Source: Catajapyx aquilonaris (taxonomy: Eukaryota). Taken from it: a stretch of 64,000 nt of DNA. Of the stretch, positions 1 through 12,700 are shown piece by piece (positions within the stretch are counted from its first letter, which is position 1; each line of letters begins with the position of its first letter). The stretch spans positions 1 to 64,000 of the forward strand of contig KZ538365.1 in NCBI GenBank assembly GCA_000934665.2. The letters run 5' to 3'. The notes beneath the pieces are model-generated. The model did not search any database, was not told where the DNA came from, and saw only the letters and a list, made by a program, of their open reading frames with translations. The position numbers and the translations under genes are program-made.

Positions 1-599
1 GTCGTACTCTCACCAGTGATCATCCCAACTTGAATATCAACATTTGCACTGAGCAAGGTGGGGCGATTTGCATGTTGGGTGTACCCATCATAATGACAAC
101 ATAATATGGAGGGGGTCTCGCTTAAGAGGCCCAATCTTCCTTAGTATTATACTAGCCAACAGGACTGATATGGCCACATGTAGTTCACATGTAGGGCTAC
201 AACATACGTGAAAACCAGCGAAAAATAAAGGGGTATAATTTTAAAAATTAAATGTTTAAAATTTGCAATTTCAATATTTTTAACGCAACTGTCTACACCC
301 CTCAGTTGTACGTTATTATAGAAAGTCAGCCAACAAAATTGTTGGATACGCAATTCGTGTTGTACAGAAATTCACTCACGGAGAATAGGCCCTGCATTTA
401 GTTCTTGCCCTAGGCCCCGCACCCACCTAGGGCCGGCCCTGGGGCCAAGTGCTTAATTATGACAACAATAATGATGACCACAACGATGATGATGATTGTT
501 GTTGTTATTGTTGTTGGTTTGTTTGTTTATAATAATTTTTTTTTGTGAAAATATATTTTATCCTATGTCAAATACAATGTCATAATTTTACATGAACAG

Positions 600-795
600 G
601 TTTGAGTTTGACAAGTTCACTGCAGCTGTAAATGAAGTGAGACATGGCTTGACTGAAAGACTACAGCAGTGGTCAGAATATGAGAACACATTTGACAGAC
701 TGATAGCTTGGCTCAATGAAGCCGAATCAACACTGAAGAATTACACCACAAGGTCCACTCTAGAAGAGAAAGAGGAGCAGTTGGAGCGCTATGAG
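600..795 (+). CDS. Msp300: Msp300 exon w1 (FEFDKFTAAV...LERYE)
   Basis: aacag|G acceptor, GAG|gtttgt donor; spectrin repeat. Confidence 0.9.
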
Positions 796-3700
796 GTTTG
801 TTGCTTTTTTTTTGTATATGTCCCAAATGAAAAGTTGTGGCTTTTTAATGTCATATCATAGTAATTCCCCTGCTTACAGTTCTGAAACAGTATTAATAGC
901 ACTAAACGAGGAACCTAATGTTCACAATAATTACATCCCACACTTATAGCATAAATTTTTACCGTGCAGCAGAATCAGCATTTATTTCGAATAATTTATA
1001 CAATAGTTCTGTGAACGACTGTTTTCACCTATGATGCCAATAATACTTCCTTTGATTTGTGAAAGGTTGATTCTACTGCATGTATCATCCTGCACAGAAG
1101 TTTTTCCATGTCACTCACAGCACAGTGCAGCACATAATGAGGCACCAAATAACTCGAAAGTGTTTCCCCTTAGATTGGCATGCATATTTATGTGTGGACC
1201 ACTTTGGAACTGAGTTTTTCTGTAGGTTTAATTTGCAACTGCAGTTCTGTTACACATGAATGTATCATTGGTGCTCAGTTCAAGATAGTTCATTGAGAAA
1301 TATTTTGCATTTTTATGCTTATTTTTACAGAAAATAAGGGAATTATTGCAAGAAATGCTATTAATATTTTTGCTTCATTAATTTGTTTGTTCATAGGATT
1401 GCGTTAAAATTGTAGAATCAAGGACTAGAATGGTCCAGGAATTTGTGTCCCTTGCCTACCACCTAGAACAAGTAAGATTTGTTTTAAAATATGTGTCACA
1501 TGAATTTGTTTGTGTTGTAATGTACTGCAGTGTTCGTGCTACTCAGAGAAGTGTTTGTCATTTTATGTGTTTCATAACACACATCTTTTTTTATATAGAT
1601 ATACTACATTTTGTATCACTGAACAGTGTTAAATGTTGTCCTATGAGGTGGTTGTTGAATAATGAAATGTCTGTTTTGTTTTAAACTGTCTTTAACTACT
1701 TTTTATTGTTTCAGTCATTAATGATTAGTCTAAAGAAGAATGAAGCTGAATTTGACAAGATGAGTGATGATTCATCTGATCTGGTGCAGATTAGTGGCGA
1801 AACTAGAATATCTGTCAGCGTCCAACAGATCACTTCACGATTCCAGTCCATCCAAGTCACTGCAAAGGTAGACAAAACAAGTGATTTTCAAAGAGCTGCT
1901 AGTAGTCAGCTATCTAAGTACAGTGAAACCTGTCTACAGCAGAGTCACATGCTCCACTTCTTAAAAAATGGATAGGTTTACATTACATGCAACAGAAATT
2001 AATTGAGTGTATTGTGTCAGACCCAAGCTCAAGTTCTGTAATGGGCAAGTTACCACTGCAGCCAGGGTCTGTGGTAGACAGATTTTGCTATACAAGTAGT
2101 CTCCATAATTCTAATGTTTATACAGTGCATTATTTAATCCATTTTATAGGGTGATTTAGGCATGAGACGCTTTAGGATGTAATGCATTATTGTGATCCAT
2201 ATTAAGTAATAATAATGCCTGGAATATTTGTTCAACAGGAAATCTTGAAAAAATGTGACCAAGCTGCTACAGACCATCGTGCTTACCTAGAAAAGTACAA
2301 CCAGTGCTCCTCTTGGCTGGCATCAGCCCAGGACAAATTTACCAACTGCAGTGACCCTACTGGAAGTCGCTCTGAGCTGGAACACAGGGTCCTGGTGATC
2401 AAGGAGCTCCTGGCTGAAAGACAGAGTGCAATTACCCTTCTCAACACAGCAGCTGAGCTTGGGGAGAAGTGCTATCCTTCAACTGCTGTGGAGGGAAGGG
2501 AAAACATCCGGCTGCAGCTTCAGGATTTGCAGCAGACCTTAGAGACATTGTATGATGGGGTGTCAAGTGCAGAGAGGGAGCTGCAGTCCAAATTGAACCG
2601 TTGGAGTGGGTATGAGGAATGCTGTGAGAGGCTTAGGCTATGGTTGAGAGACACAGCCGCTGAGCTTCCCAGTGAAATTGAATTGAAAGCCACACTGGAC
2701 GAGAAGAGAGCACAGCTACAGACATACAGATCATTGTTGTATGCAGTCACAAGCCACCAGCAGGATGTACTTGATCTTAGGGAGAAGGCAGAACATCTGC
2801 CAGAAAGGAGCCCAAAGGTGGACCAAGTACTTGAGCAGGTTTTCCAGCAGCATCAGGAGATTCTCAAGAGGGCCCAGGTTAGTTTTAGAGACGACATTTT
2901 AATTACAGTGGAGCATCGATTATTATCCGAAACAATGGGGGACTGGAGGTGTTCGGATAACTGATTTTTTGGATAACCGATCATTTACGGAAAAAAATTG
3001 TACTCGTGTCATAGGAGCAATATTAAACAAAGAAACAGTGATATTAAACACAAAACTGTATATTTTGTATCACAGTCACGTCTTAAAAATACATATACCT
3101 TACATAAAGTAGTATACAGTACACTATATACATTAAAGTAGGCCTACAGTTTAGGAAAAGAAGTCCAATACATGTATTTTCTTTTGCTTCAGAGCTGAGA
3201 GTCGTTTTTTTGGCCCTAAATCTGGCGCACAAATTTGAATTTGCCAACTCAAAAGCTTTCGGTTGATCGATATTCGGATAATCGATGCTCCACTGTATGT
3301 GCCTTTACACATTTGACAACAAACTCACAAACTATCACAATATGTCCGTACAAAGGAGTAGTCAGTGATGCTGGGGACCCAAGTTCAGTGATAAAAATAT
3401 GCTTACAAATAAGACACAAAATTAGAGAAATTTTGGGAAATACAGCCAGTCCCTGACTTACATAAGTGGATTGTTCCAGAACAATATACTGTATGTAAGT
3501 TGAATTTTATACAACACAAAATTTGCAAATATGCTTCTTGTGATGTGGCAGTTTCCAAAATTACGATGTACCTACCAAAATCAATTATTTTGAAGGTGAC
3601 CCTTTTTATAAATTTTATGGCCCTGTTTGGAATGAAATAAAAACTGGGCAATGAACTTTTTGTATACACCTTGTATGATTGTGCAGGATTTTTGTTTCCA

Positions 3701-6700
3701 CTTTTTCAATATGAAGTTATGTCTTGATTATAGTTGTGCATTGAGTAGATATTTATGCTCCAATGTATCTTTTTACATACATACATATCTTCACGGCATT
3801 GTCCCAAAGATAGGGTAGCCAGCGATGATATGGTGTACTACACCTTGTCATATCTTTTGACCAGATATGAAAATCCTAAGGTGACTGGTCAGGTACAAGC
3901 AAAGGATATTATGAGTTTGATGATAATGAAAGATGATATGAACACCACATATTATACACTGTGCACATACATCCTTGTAAAATACATATACAAAAACAAT
4001 GTAAACAACTGGTCCAGGGATGCTTGTTGATAGCTCACGTCCAGGCGGTCATTTTTATATGCAATAATGTATTAGAGACGCTAACTTGTGGTTGTGTATT
4101 CCATAGAAATATGTGGAGCGATATGAAGCCATAGTGAGTGACCATCAGCAGTACACAAAAGCAGTCATGGACACTTTAGAATGGCTGGATGCTACTCACA
4201 ACACAGTGCTTATGTGGGGTGATGATGGATTGGAGAGGATCACGCTTCATGCAAACCTTGAGAGACTGAAGGTATGAAAGACAATATACATGGCCAGCCA
4301 TTCATTATTCTCGCAGTTGACCAGCCCAAAGGAAAATTCCATCTGGAATAGAGCCAGGGAGACATAATCTGCACGTGAGAGAGGGAAGCCTGGGCTTGGG
4401 ATATCTAGATATTAATGTCATGTCGACCTTATGCAGCTATATTGCATACTGGGTGGAAAATAAAATATCTCAGATTGATGCTCATTCCTGCTGTGATAAG
4501 TGCATAATCATGTTCTCTTGGTCATTGGTTCTGTTGAAAATTGCCCTAGTTGATTTTAGTGACTTCAGCTTCATAATGTCAATATCCATCTCAATTCTCA
4601 TGACATAACCCATACGTGTGTTGGATAAGGTTCTTTTGGTCTGATCACCTGACAAGCACAGATAGTTGGGGGGGGGGGGGGGNNNNNNNNNNNNNNNNNN
4701 NNNNNNGGGGGGGTTAGCACAACAAATCCTTGGCATGCAAGTAGGGGACTTCACAAGAATTGATGTGCATTTATCTCTGTAATTGAGCTGAAACCATCAA
4801 AATCAACTAGGGTAATTTTGTCTTAGAAATTCACAGTGCCATCAATGGTCAACAGGTAGAGTGCATCTTTCACTCAAGCCTGAATTGGAAAGCTTATGTG
4901 CCTGGCCCAATGGGGAGTATATGTAATGCCCTGCCATGCTTTATGGGTAGGCAAAAGTGAATGCATCAGTGACTTTCTTTACTGATATGGAGCTGAGTTA
5001 ACCATCTTCCCAACTGTTGTATGGTACATTGTAGCATTATACAGGCCTATTCTTTTCCCAGGCCTCTTAGTCTGGTGTGGGCCCTCGTACTTTTACCCTC
5101 CTGCCTTCCCCTCTCTCTGGTCCTGATTCTCAGGGTAGTAGGACATAGAGGCTGGAATCAGGCAACTTTTTATACCTATCCCATACTTTTCCTCCTTCAT
5201 TCCTACCTATATGTCATCTGCTGCCCTCCCTTCAAAATCTGAGTGGACTCCCTGAAGGCTGAATTTGAGTGACATGTTTCTTTTTTTTAGGACTCTTTTT
5301 AGTTGCCTTGGCACTATGGTTTGGCATTGGGTTCGCCTTAATTCAGGCATATCACCTTGTTGAGATTTTTCTTCATGGCCTAGACTTTATCGTTAGTGTG
5401 TAGTAAGTTTCACATGGTGTTAGATGAACCTGAGAATATACCTCAATCTTAAACCTAACCTGGCTAATTCCCCCCCCCANCCCCCCCTCAAATTCAAGAA
5501 CCATTTTTAAAGCTTTTGCTCATTACCATCAATATATTCAGAATCTGCAACTGAGCCTTCCTGAAGAGCAACCACGCATTGATCAAATCAAAGTCCTTGG
5601 CGAGAGAGTGATTCCTGGTACCAATGAAGCTGGTCAGATGAATGTGAGGTCCCAGATTGACTCCACCCAGCAGGAGTGGCAAGGACTTCTCTCTGCCTTG
5701 GAGTAAGTCACATGTACTTTTTGGAAAGGCACAACATAATTGTTTGGCTTTTATAGATCTACCATTGCCAACCTAGAGAACAAACTTCAGCACTGGAATG
5801 AGTATGAAGCAATGAAAGACCGCTGCCTGGCCTGGCTCAGGGAGACAGACACAAAGCTACATGCAGTAGATTTGAAGGCCACCTTGCCTGAAAAAAGAAC
5901 TCAACTAGAAGCCTTGAAGGTACAGTTATTTATGGGTGATTCCAGGGATAAACTTATTAGTTGAAGAAAACACAATAAATATGTCCAGTATTTTCAGTAG
6001 GGGAATTCAGTGTGTTCAGAAAGTAATCCTTGAAAAAAAGTAATCTCCTTCCTATAAAAAATATCCCAAATGAAATGACATTAATTTTTCTTCGACTACA
6101 TTTCCAAACACAACTGTCAGTCCTGCATAGGCCTTATGAAATAACCTTTGCCACAGTTTTCAAATTTATACTACCCAGAGATAATTTTTTGTGTCTTGAA
6201 ACTAATAGTGGAACTTATTCACTGGCCATTATGTAACTTTGAAATTCTTTTTGTACAAACAGATACTCCAAGGTGAGGTGCGAGCCAAAGAGCTGGAGAT
6301 TGATTCACTTACTGAGAAGGCACAGCAGCTGTACAAGAGTGCCTTGAGTAGCCGCAGCTCCCAAGTGTCTGAAATAAGCACACGGTATCAGCAGGTGAAC
6401 CACAAGGTGAAAGAATTGACATCCAAGTGGCATGGGTATGTCGGAAGCCACCAAGAGTTTGAAAGCCAGTTGAACGAGTGTGTGAGATGGATGGGAGACA
6501 TAAGAGAAAAGCTTGCCTATTGTGCAGACCTTAGTGCTTCCTCCCAGAAGGACTTAGAGGCTAAGTTGGGCACCATACAAGACCTGCTGATGTACAAGGA
6601 GGAAGGGTTTTCTAGAGTTCAAGGAATCGTGGAACTGGCTCAGTCTGTACTATCAAACACCACTCCTCCAGGGCATTCGGCTATCAATAAGGCACTTGAG

Positions 6701-9700
6701 AGGATACAGGAGGAATGGAGCTTGCTGGCATCCAAGATGGTTGAAACTAAAGTAAGTTTTTTGGGTGAGGCCTGAAGTATTATTTTTGATGCAGCAGTAT
6801 TTTCTGATTTTTTAATAAATTTATGAATCCTAAGAAATGCTTTGTTAAATTTTCTGCTATGAGTGTGTTGCTATTTGAATGCATAGCAGTCATGTTTTTT
6901 CTTAATTCTAAATGCTTCTTACTATGAAATGCAATTAGTAAATTGAGTACCAGAACATTTTGTCAGGTTCTCCTATTTATCTATTTTCAGACCAACTTGG
7001 ATGAATGCATCCATTGTTGGTCCGGCTTCTTGGAGCAGGTCCATCAGCTGAGCAAGACAGTTGAGTACATTGAGACAGCATACAACGAAGTTGTGGAGCT
7101 TCAGACATCCATGTCTGAGAAGAAGGCCCAGTTGGAGCGCCTCAAGAGCCTAGATGAGAAGGTGACATGTGAGAAAATGGAAGTGGACAACCTAAAGGCT
7201 AGGTCAGCTGAGATGCTGGCTGGTGGACAGCAGAGTCATGCAGCTTTGCAAGCGCAGGAGATCTTGCGCAAATTTGACATCTTGGCAGAGAAGGTCAAGG
7301 TAGGTCTTTGTTTTGATATCATTTGAAGAGCACAGATAGAGTTGTTTTAATATCCAGGTGAATTTGACTAAATTACAAGAAAGATTTCTTGATGTGTAGG
7401 TAAAGGTGGTAATATCATAGTTAGTGTTATTGTATTCTTTATATGTCATGATAGTATTACTGCACATGGTAATCTGCCAGCACCAAATTCAGAATGGTGA
7501 ATATGTAGGACTAACTGGGAAGAGCTAAGTGTCCCTTCAATAGAATGTTACACTGACAATTGCAGAAATTGCTTGATGAGACAGTGTTGTGTGATGACAT
7601 TGTGCAATTTCAAATGTTAGGTCACACTTTTCAGTAAGAATAATGTCTGGGAGTATTTTTTAGTAACTTATATGCAGACAAAGCATAAGTCACATATAGA
7701 ATTGTCTTTCTTTTAGTAGGTAGTGTTTTTTGTTTTTCTCTTAGTGTTATTTTATTTCCTTGCACTTTTGCAAGGCACAATTCAATACTAATGAAGTTAT
7801 TAGGTAGTCAAAGTCATATTTACAAATTAAATTGTTACTCTTCAGTACTGTCATGAGTATGCCTTAATTACCGGTATATATTTACAGAAATTGAAAGCTG
7901 ACCGTGAAGAGCAGTTTAAGGACCATCGCAATTACAAGGAGGCTCAAGATGAGTTAGTTGCATGGCTGAATAGAGCAAGAGAGAAGATTCCAGCAACTAA
8001 GCAGAGGTCTCTTGGTGATCGTCCAGCTGTAGAGACTGCACTGTCTGCTCTCACAGTAAGGTTTGCACTTCAGTGGTGAAGACATGTTGGGTTTCAACTT
8101 TCCCACTTTCCAGACATTACTGAATAAGCAAGCCCAAGGACAGATGCTAGTGGAAAGGCTGCAACATACAGGCAGTGTAGCAATGGCTAGCACTTCTCCT
8201 AAGGGAGTGGAAATAATACGAAATGAAATTCGAGCCCTTGAGGAGAACTTTGATGGACTTTTCAAGGGTGAGTTTTTAAACAACACTTAAATCTTTCTGC
8301 AGAGATTTAACCCTGCCATCCTGAAAACAGAAATTCAGGAGTCCAAGGCCTTGATGGAAGCCACTATGCGGCAGTGGACTGAGTACAAAGATGAGTATGA
8401 GCGCTTGTCTGACTGGCTGCAACAGACTGACATCATAATCAAAACTGCCAAAACGTATTTGCCTGCCAATGTCGAAGAAAAGAAGAAACAAGTTAAGGAC
8501 ATGCGGGTAAGAATTAGTAATCCTTCATGTCCATTGCCTTTGTTGCATACAAAAATTCAAGATGGTTGATTTAATCTCGGAAGACACCTTGATATTGGGG
8601 GCAAGACAGTTCAACGAAGGTTTTGCATGTTTGTAGCAGACCCTGATAATAATTCAGGGTGAGTCTTTTAAAATGCAACCCACATAAAGTATTTGGCTGT
8701 AGATGATGAATAGTTGGAGAAAGTAATATACAATATAATTTAAGGGCTACTTGCAAGGATGTTGAAGTAGATGTCTTTTTTTTATGTGCATGAGGAATCC
8801 GAACCATGATACAGATGGCAAACTGAAGCCCAACAGATGCTTCAGGTTATTTATTTCCCCTTAACTGATATGAATGAGGGACCAGGAGGACAAAATATTT
8901 TTTCCTCTTATTTGTACCCTCCCTTAGCCTGATGTGATTCCCCCTTTGCTGGTCTCTGTCATTCAGCAAGCTTCTAAGCATCTCTCTCTATGCTCCATAT
9001 GCATTTGAAAATGAACTTGAGGGGGATGTAGAAGAATTGTCCATTTTGCACATGCCACTACTGTGGCTCATCTGGCACATTTTTGTATGCTTGATGAATG
9101 TTGTAAGTGGTTTAACAAAAAAACTTACCCTACATAATGTAAGTTATGTACACTGTGTATCGTAGCTATGGCAATGCTCTGGAAATGAAGGCCATCACAA
9201 TCTGTCGCTTCTTTTGGAAAGGGCATGTGAAACATGTGACAATTTATCATGAAGGGCTCTTTAATTAAAAAATAGTGTTCAAGGCAATAACTATAACTAG
9301 CAGGTTACCCGGCTTTGCCCAGGTATGTTGTGGTGGTAGTGGTCAGGATATCCATATCTATATTATTTTTAGGAAGTTTGTTTATAAAATTTGAATTCCA
9401 TATACACTTGATATGCCTTAAAACTGGCCTCATGGGCTAACTAAAAACAATGAACTAAAGTTTGTCAATGCCTGTGAAGGTCCTGCACATGGTGATGATT
9501 CCCATTCTTGTACCAAACGATCCGGCAATTTCTTATCAATCTAGTCTACCCATTAAATGAATGACAATTAACAATTGACTTACACCCTTCTTGCACCATA
9601 CCCTTCAATATTATTGCAGCAATTCTTGATGATGTTGCACATGTTGTAAAGTCAGGTGTCTATTGTTATAGACACAACTTTTTAGTAGGTATGTAGAAAT

Positions 9701-12700
9701 GGAAAGCCATTGTTTTGTTACTGCCTCTGTGCAGCTTGTGTCTGGCTACTTTATGTTCTAGACGGGACTGGCATTGACTGTTTTATGCTGCCTTTTAGTT
9801 CGTTTGCATTTGGCAGGAGATTGTCCAAATGTGTAACGCTTCTTTGGAGGCATTTGATTGAGAGAAAGGAAGGGGTTCAAGTTTCCATCGAGATGCTCAA
9901 AATAGTAGTAAAGAGTATCTTTTGATATTGTTGTCGGATAATGGTGCAAGGAGTGGAGGTATAGGGTGTTGTGGGAGTAAGGCTCATTTTCGGAAGCTTA
10001 AACATGCGGCATTAAATTCCTCGAAAAAAGTAACCCCTGGTGTGCTTGTTTAAGGCAGTGTAGGGGCATACCCCTGGATTTCTATAGTGAACAAACACAC
10101 CCGCCCACAAACCCACAAACATCCTCATTTATAGATATGTAGATAATTGATGATGTGGATGATCTAGACCGAATTATGTGGATTGCATTGTAAAAGGTTG
10201 AGTGTGTTTTGTAATGTATCATTACAGTCCATGTATCATGACAATCTTTGTATTTTTATTATGTGGCAGGAACTGCTGGCCAAGTTGGAAAAGGGTCAGG
10301 AGCAAATGGACAGGTTCACCCAAATTGCTTCAAGCCTCCTCTCAACACATCTTGATACATTTGTGAACAACCAACTCCGCCAACTGACTTCAAGATACCA
10401 GGTGCAAACAAACCTGGCCAAGGATGTCCTCCGCAAGGTAGAAGCCAACCTGGAAAATCACCAGCAATATGAGGAGAGTTATGCAAAGGCTAAGGCATGG
10501 ATAGAGAAGGCTAGGGAAATTGTCTGGGATTGCAGTGAGTGCACCTCCTCCAACAGCAGCAGGGAGTCACTTGAGTCCCAGCTAGGAAAGATACAGGTGT
10601 GTGCATTGAGGTTTACTTTAAGTCCATAATTATACTTTAGTTATTGAGATATTGCTGACTACTGCATTCTTCTGGCATGGTTTGTTTTGTTTTGTTTTCT
10701 CTACCATGGGCCCTTTTAGGGAGGGAAGGGGAGGTTCCCAAGGGAGGGTACTATTTCCAGTCATTTCGGACCCTCTTAAATACCAGACCTTTTCTCTTGG
10801 CCTTGGGCAGAGAAGGGAGTGCCAGTCTGCCTGGACATGTCGGGTGAAAAGCGGCAAAAGACCCGACCAAGCGAAGGTGACAGGGATGAGATTTGATCCC
10901 TGGTTTAATAGGTCCACATAGTCATTCCCAGGATTGGATTTTAACCTGTACAGTTTTCATGTTCCTAGTAAGTAATATTTTGTTCAATGCATTGACCTTG
11001 GGTGAAAGTCGAGGCCATGCAAAAGTTTGTCATGGGTTATATTGCTCAGAAAGATGGATACAATTTTGCATTGACAAATGAAAAATTTTCTCCATTATTT
11101 TTAGCAATATAGTACTTATGCAAAGTCTTAACACAAAACAAACAAACCATCTGATGTTCTGATGCAAACATTTATTTTTCTGTGGAGCCAAATGCCATCT
11201 GTTACTGGTGTGCTGTATATGTGTTCTGGGAAGTAAGCATGAAAACACTCTTGATCCTTTTTAGGAGCTTTTGAAGCACCAGGAGGAAGGTCAGGCCCTA
11301 GTTCACTCCACTGTGAACCTTGGTGAGAAGTGCCTGCGTAACACTCGCTCAGATGGTCGAGATGTGATCAATACCCAGATCAAGGAGATTCAGACTGACT
11401 GGGACCGGCTTGTACGCAAAATGGCCAATGCCAAGGTGTCCCTGGAGACCAGTTTGCTCCAGTGGGCTGATTACAGCTCCTCATACACCCAGCTCCAAAA
11501 ATGGATCAGTGAGAGGGAGGCCAAGCTTCAGCAAGTATGTGGGCAAAAGCCCACAGGGACCAGACAGAAGAGCAAAGGTGGTGCATCATCACTCAGCATT
11601 GGAGAGAGGAAGGCCACCTTACGCAAGACCAACAGCATTGTCCAGGATATTGTGTCTTTTGAGCCAGTTATTGAGTCTGTTACTTCTAAGGCAGAGGACC
11701 TCATGCAGCAGCAGCCAGCATCAGAAATTTCTAGCAAATACCAAACTTTGAGCAAGCAGGCCAAGGAAATCTACGCCAAGCAGAAGGAGATAGTGGAGCA
11801 ACATCAGGTTAGCGTTCATTTTTGGGCATGTTTGATTTGAGGTAACAAGTGATACATGTCAATATACAGCCTACAATCATGGTCCTTTACGTTTGCAGAC
11901 TTGAGTTGGGTTAACTTACTTGTCATTTCATGATTGTATGACTCATTTCTTACATAGGCAGTGACTGTCAAGTCAGATGTGTATAACAGGTTGGATCCGA
12001 TAACTCTGGAAAAAATCACAGGGTCGGTAGAGGCCCCACAGGCAAGTATTTTGAGCTTTGGTACTCATATCCGGAAATGCCCCCATACAGGGGTATGGCC
12101 GTTTCCACCTTTGGTCTGTTGTGCCTGGTGGGTAGGCAACCCATCGTACTCGAGGCTTGCATTAATCAGGCGTTCATCAGGTTTTGCATTTGACATGACA
12201 CTTGCAATTATTGCGAGTGTCAAGTGCTAAACCTGATGAACGCCTGATGAACACAACCTTCAAGTATGATGGGTTGCCTACCCACCAGGTGCAACAGACC
12301 AAAGGTGGAAACGGCCGTACTCCCGTAAGGGGCCATTTCCGGACATGGGTACCAAAGCTCAAAATACTTGCCTATGGGGCCTCTACCGACCCTGTGATTT
12401 TTGCCAGAGTTAGCGGATCCACCCTGTATATGTATTCATATGTATGTGACTTGGCCCAAAAAATCAGATGGTGATGGTTGATCAGATCCATTGGGAACAA
12501 TATTTTTGTGAGTTTTAAATGACTGGCTAATGGGTAAAGAGAATGAAGGGAGCAAGCAGGCAGAGGTGGGTACTCTGGAAGTGGGAGTATGGAGGCAGCT
12601 GAAGAAGGGGAATGTCATCAGTCTCACCTCATAGGTTATAACATATCACTTGGAGCAGTTGGAGGGGAAGATCACATGCAGCATAGCATAGCACTAGTAG

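Noticed and set aside
11961..12474. Similar ORFs on both strands (SFGTH.RK.P.TGV.PFPP)
   Set aside because: Produced by the palindromic MITE
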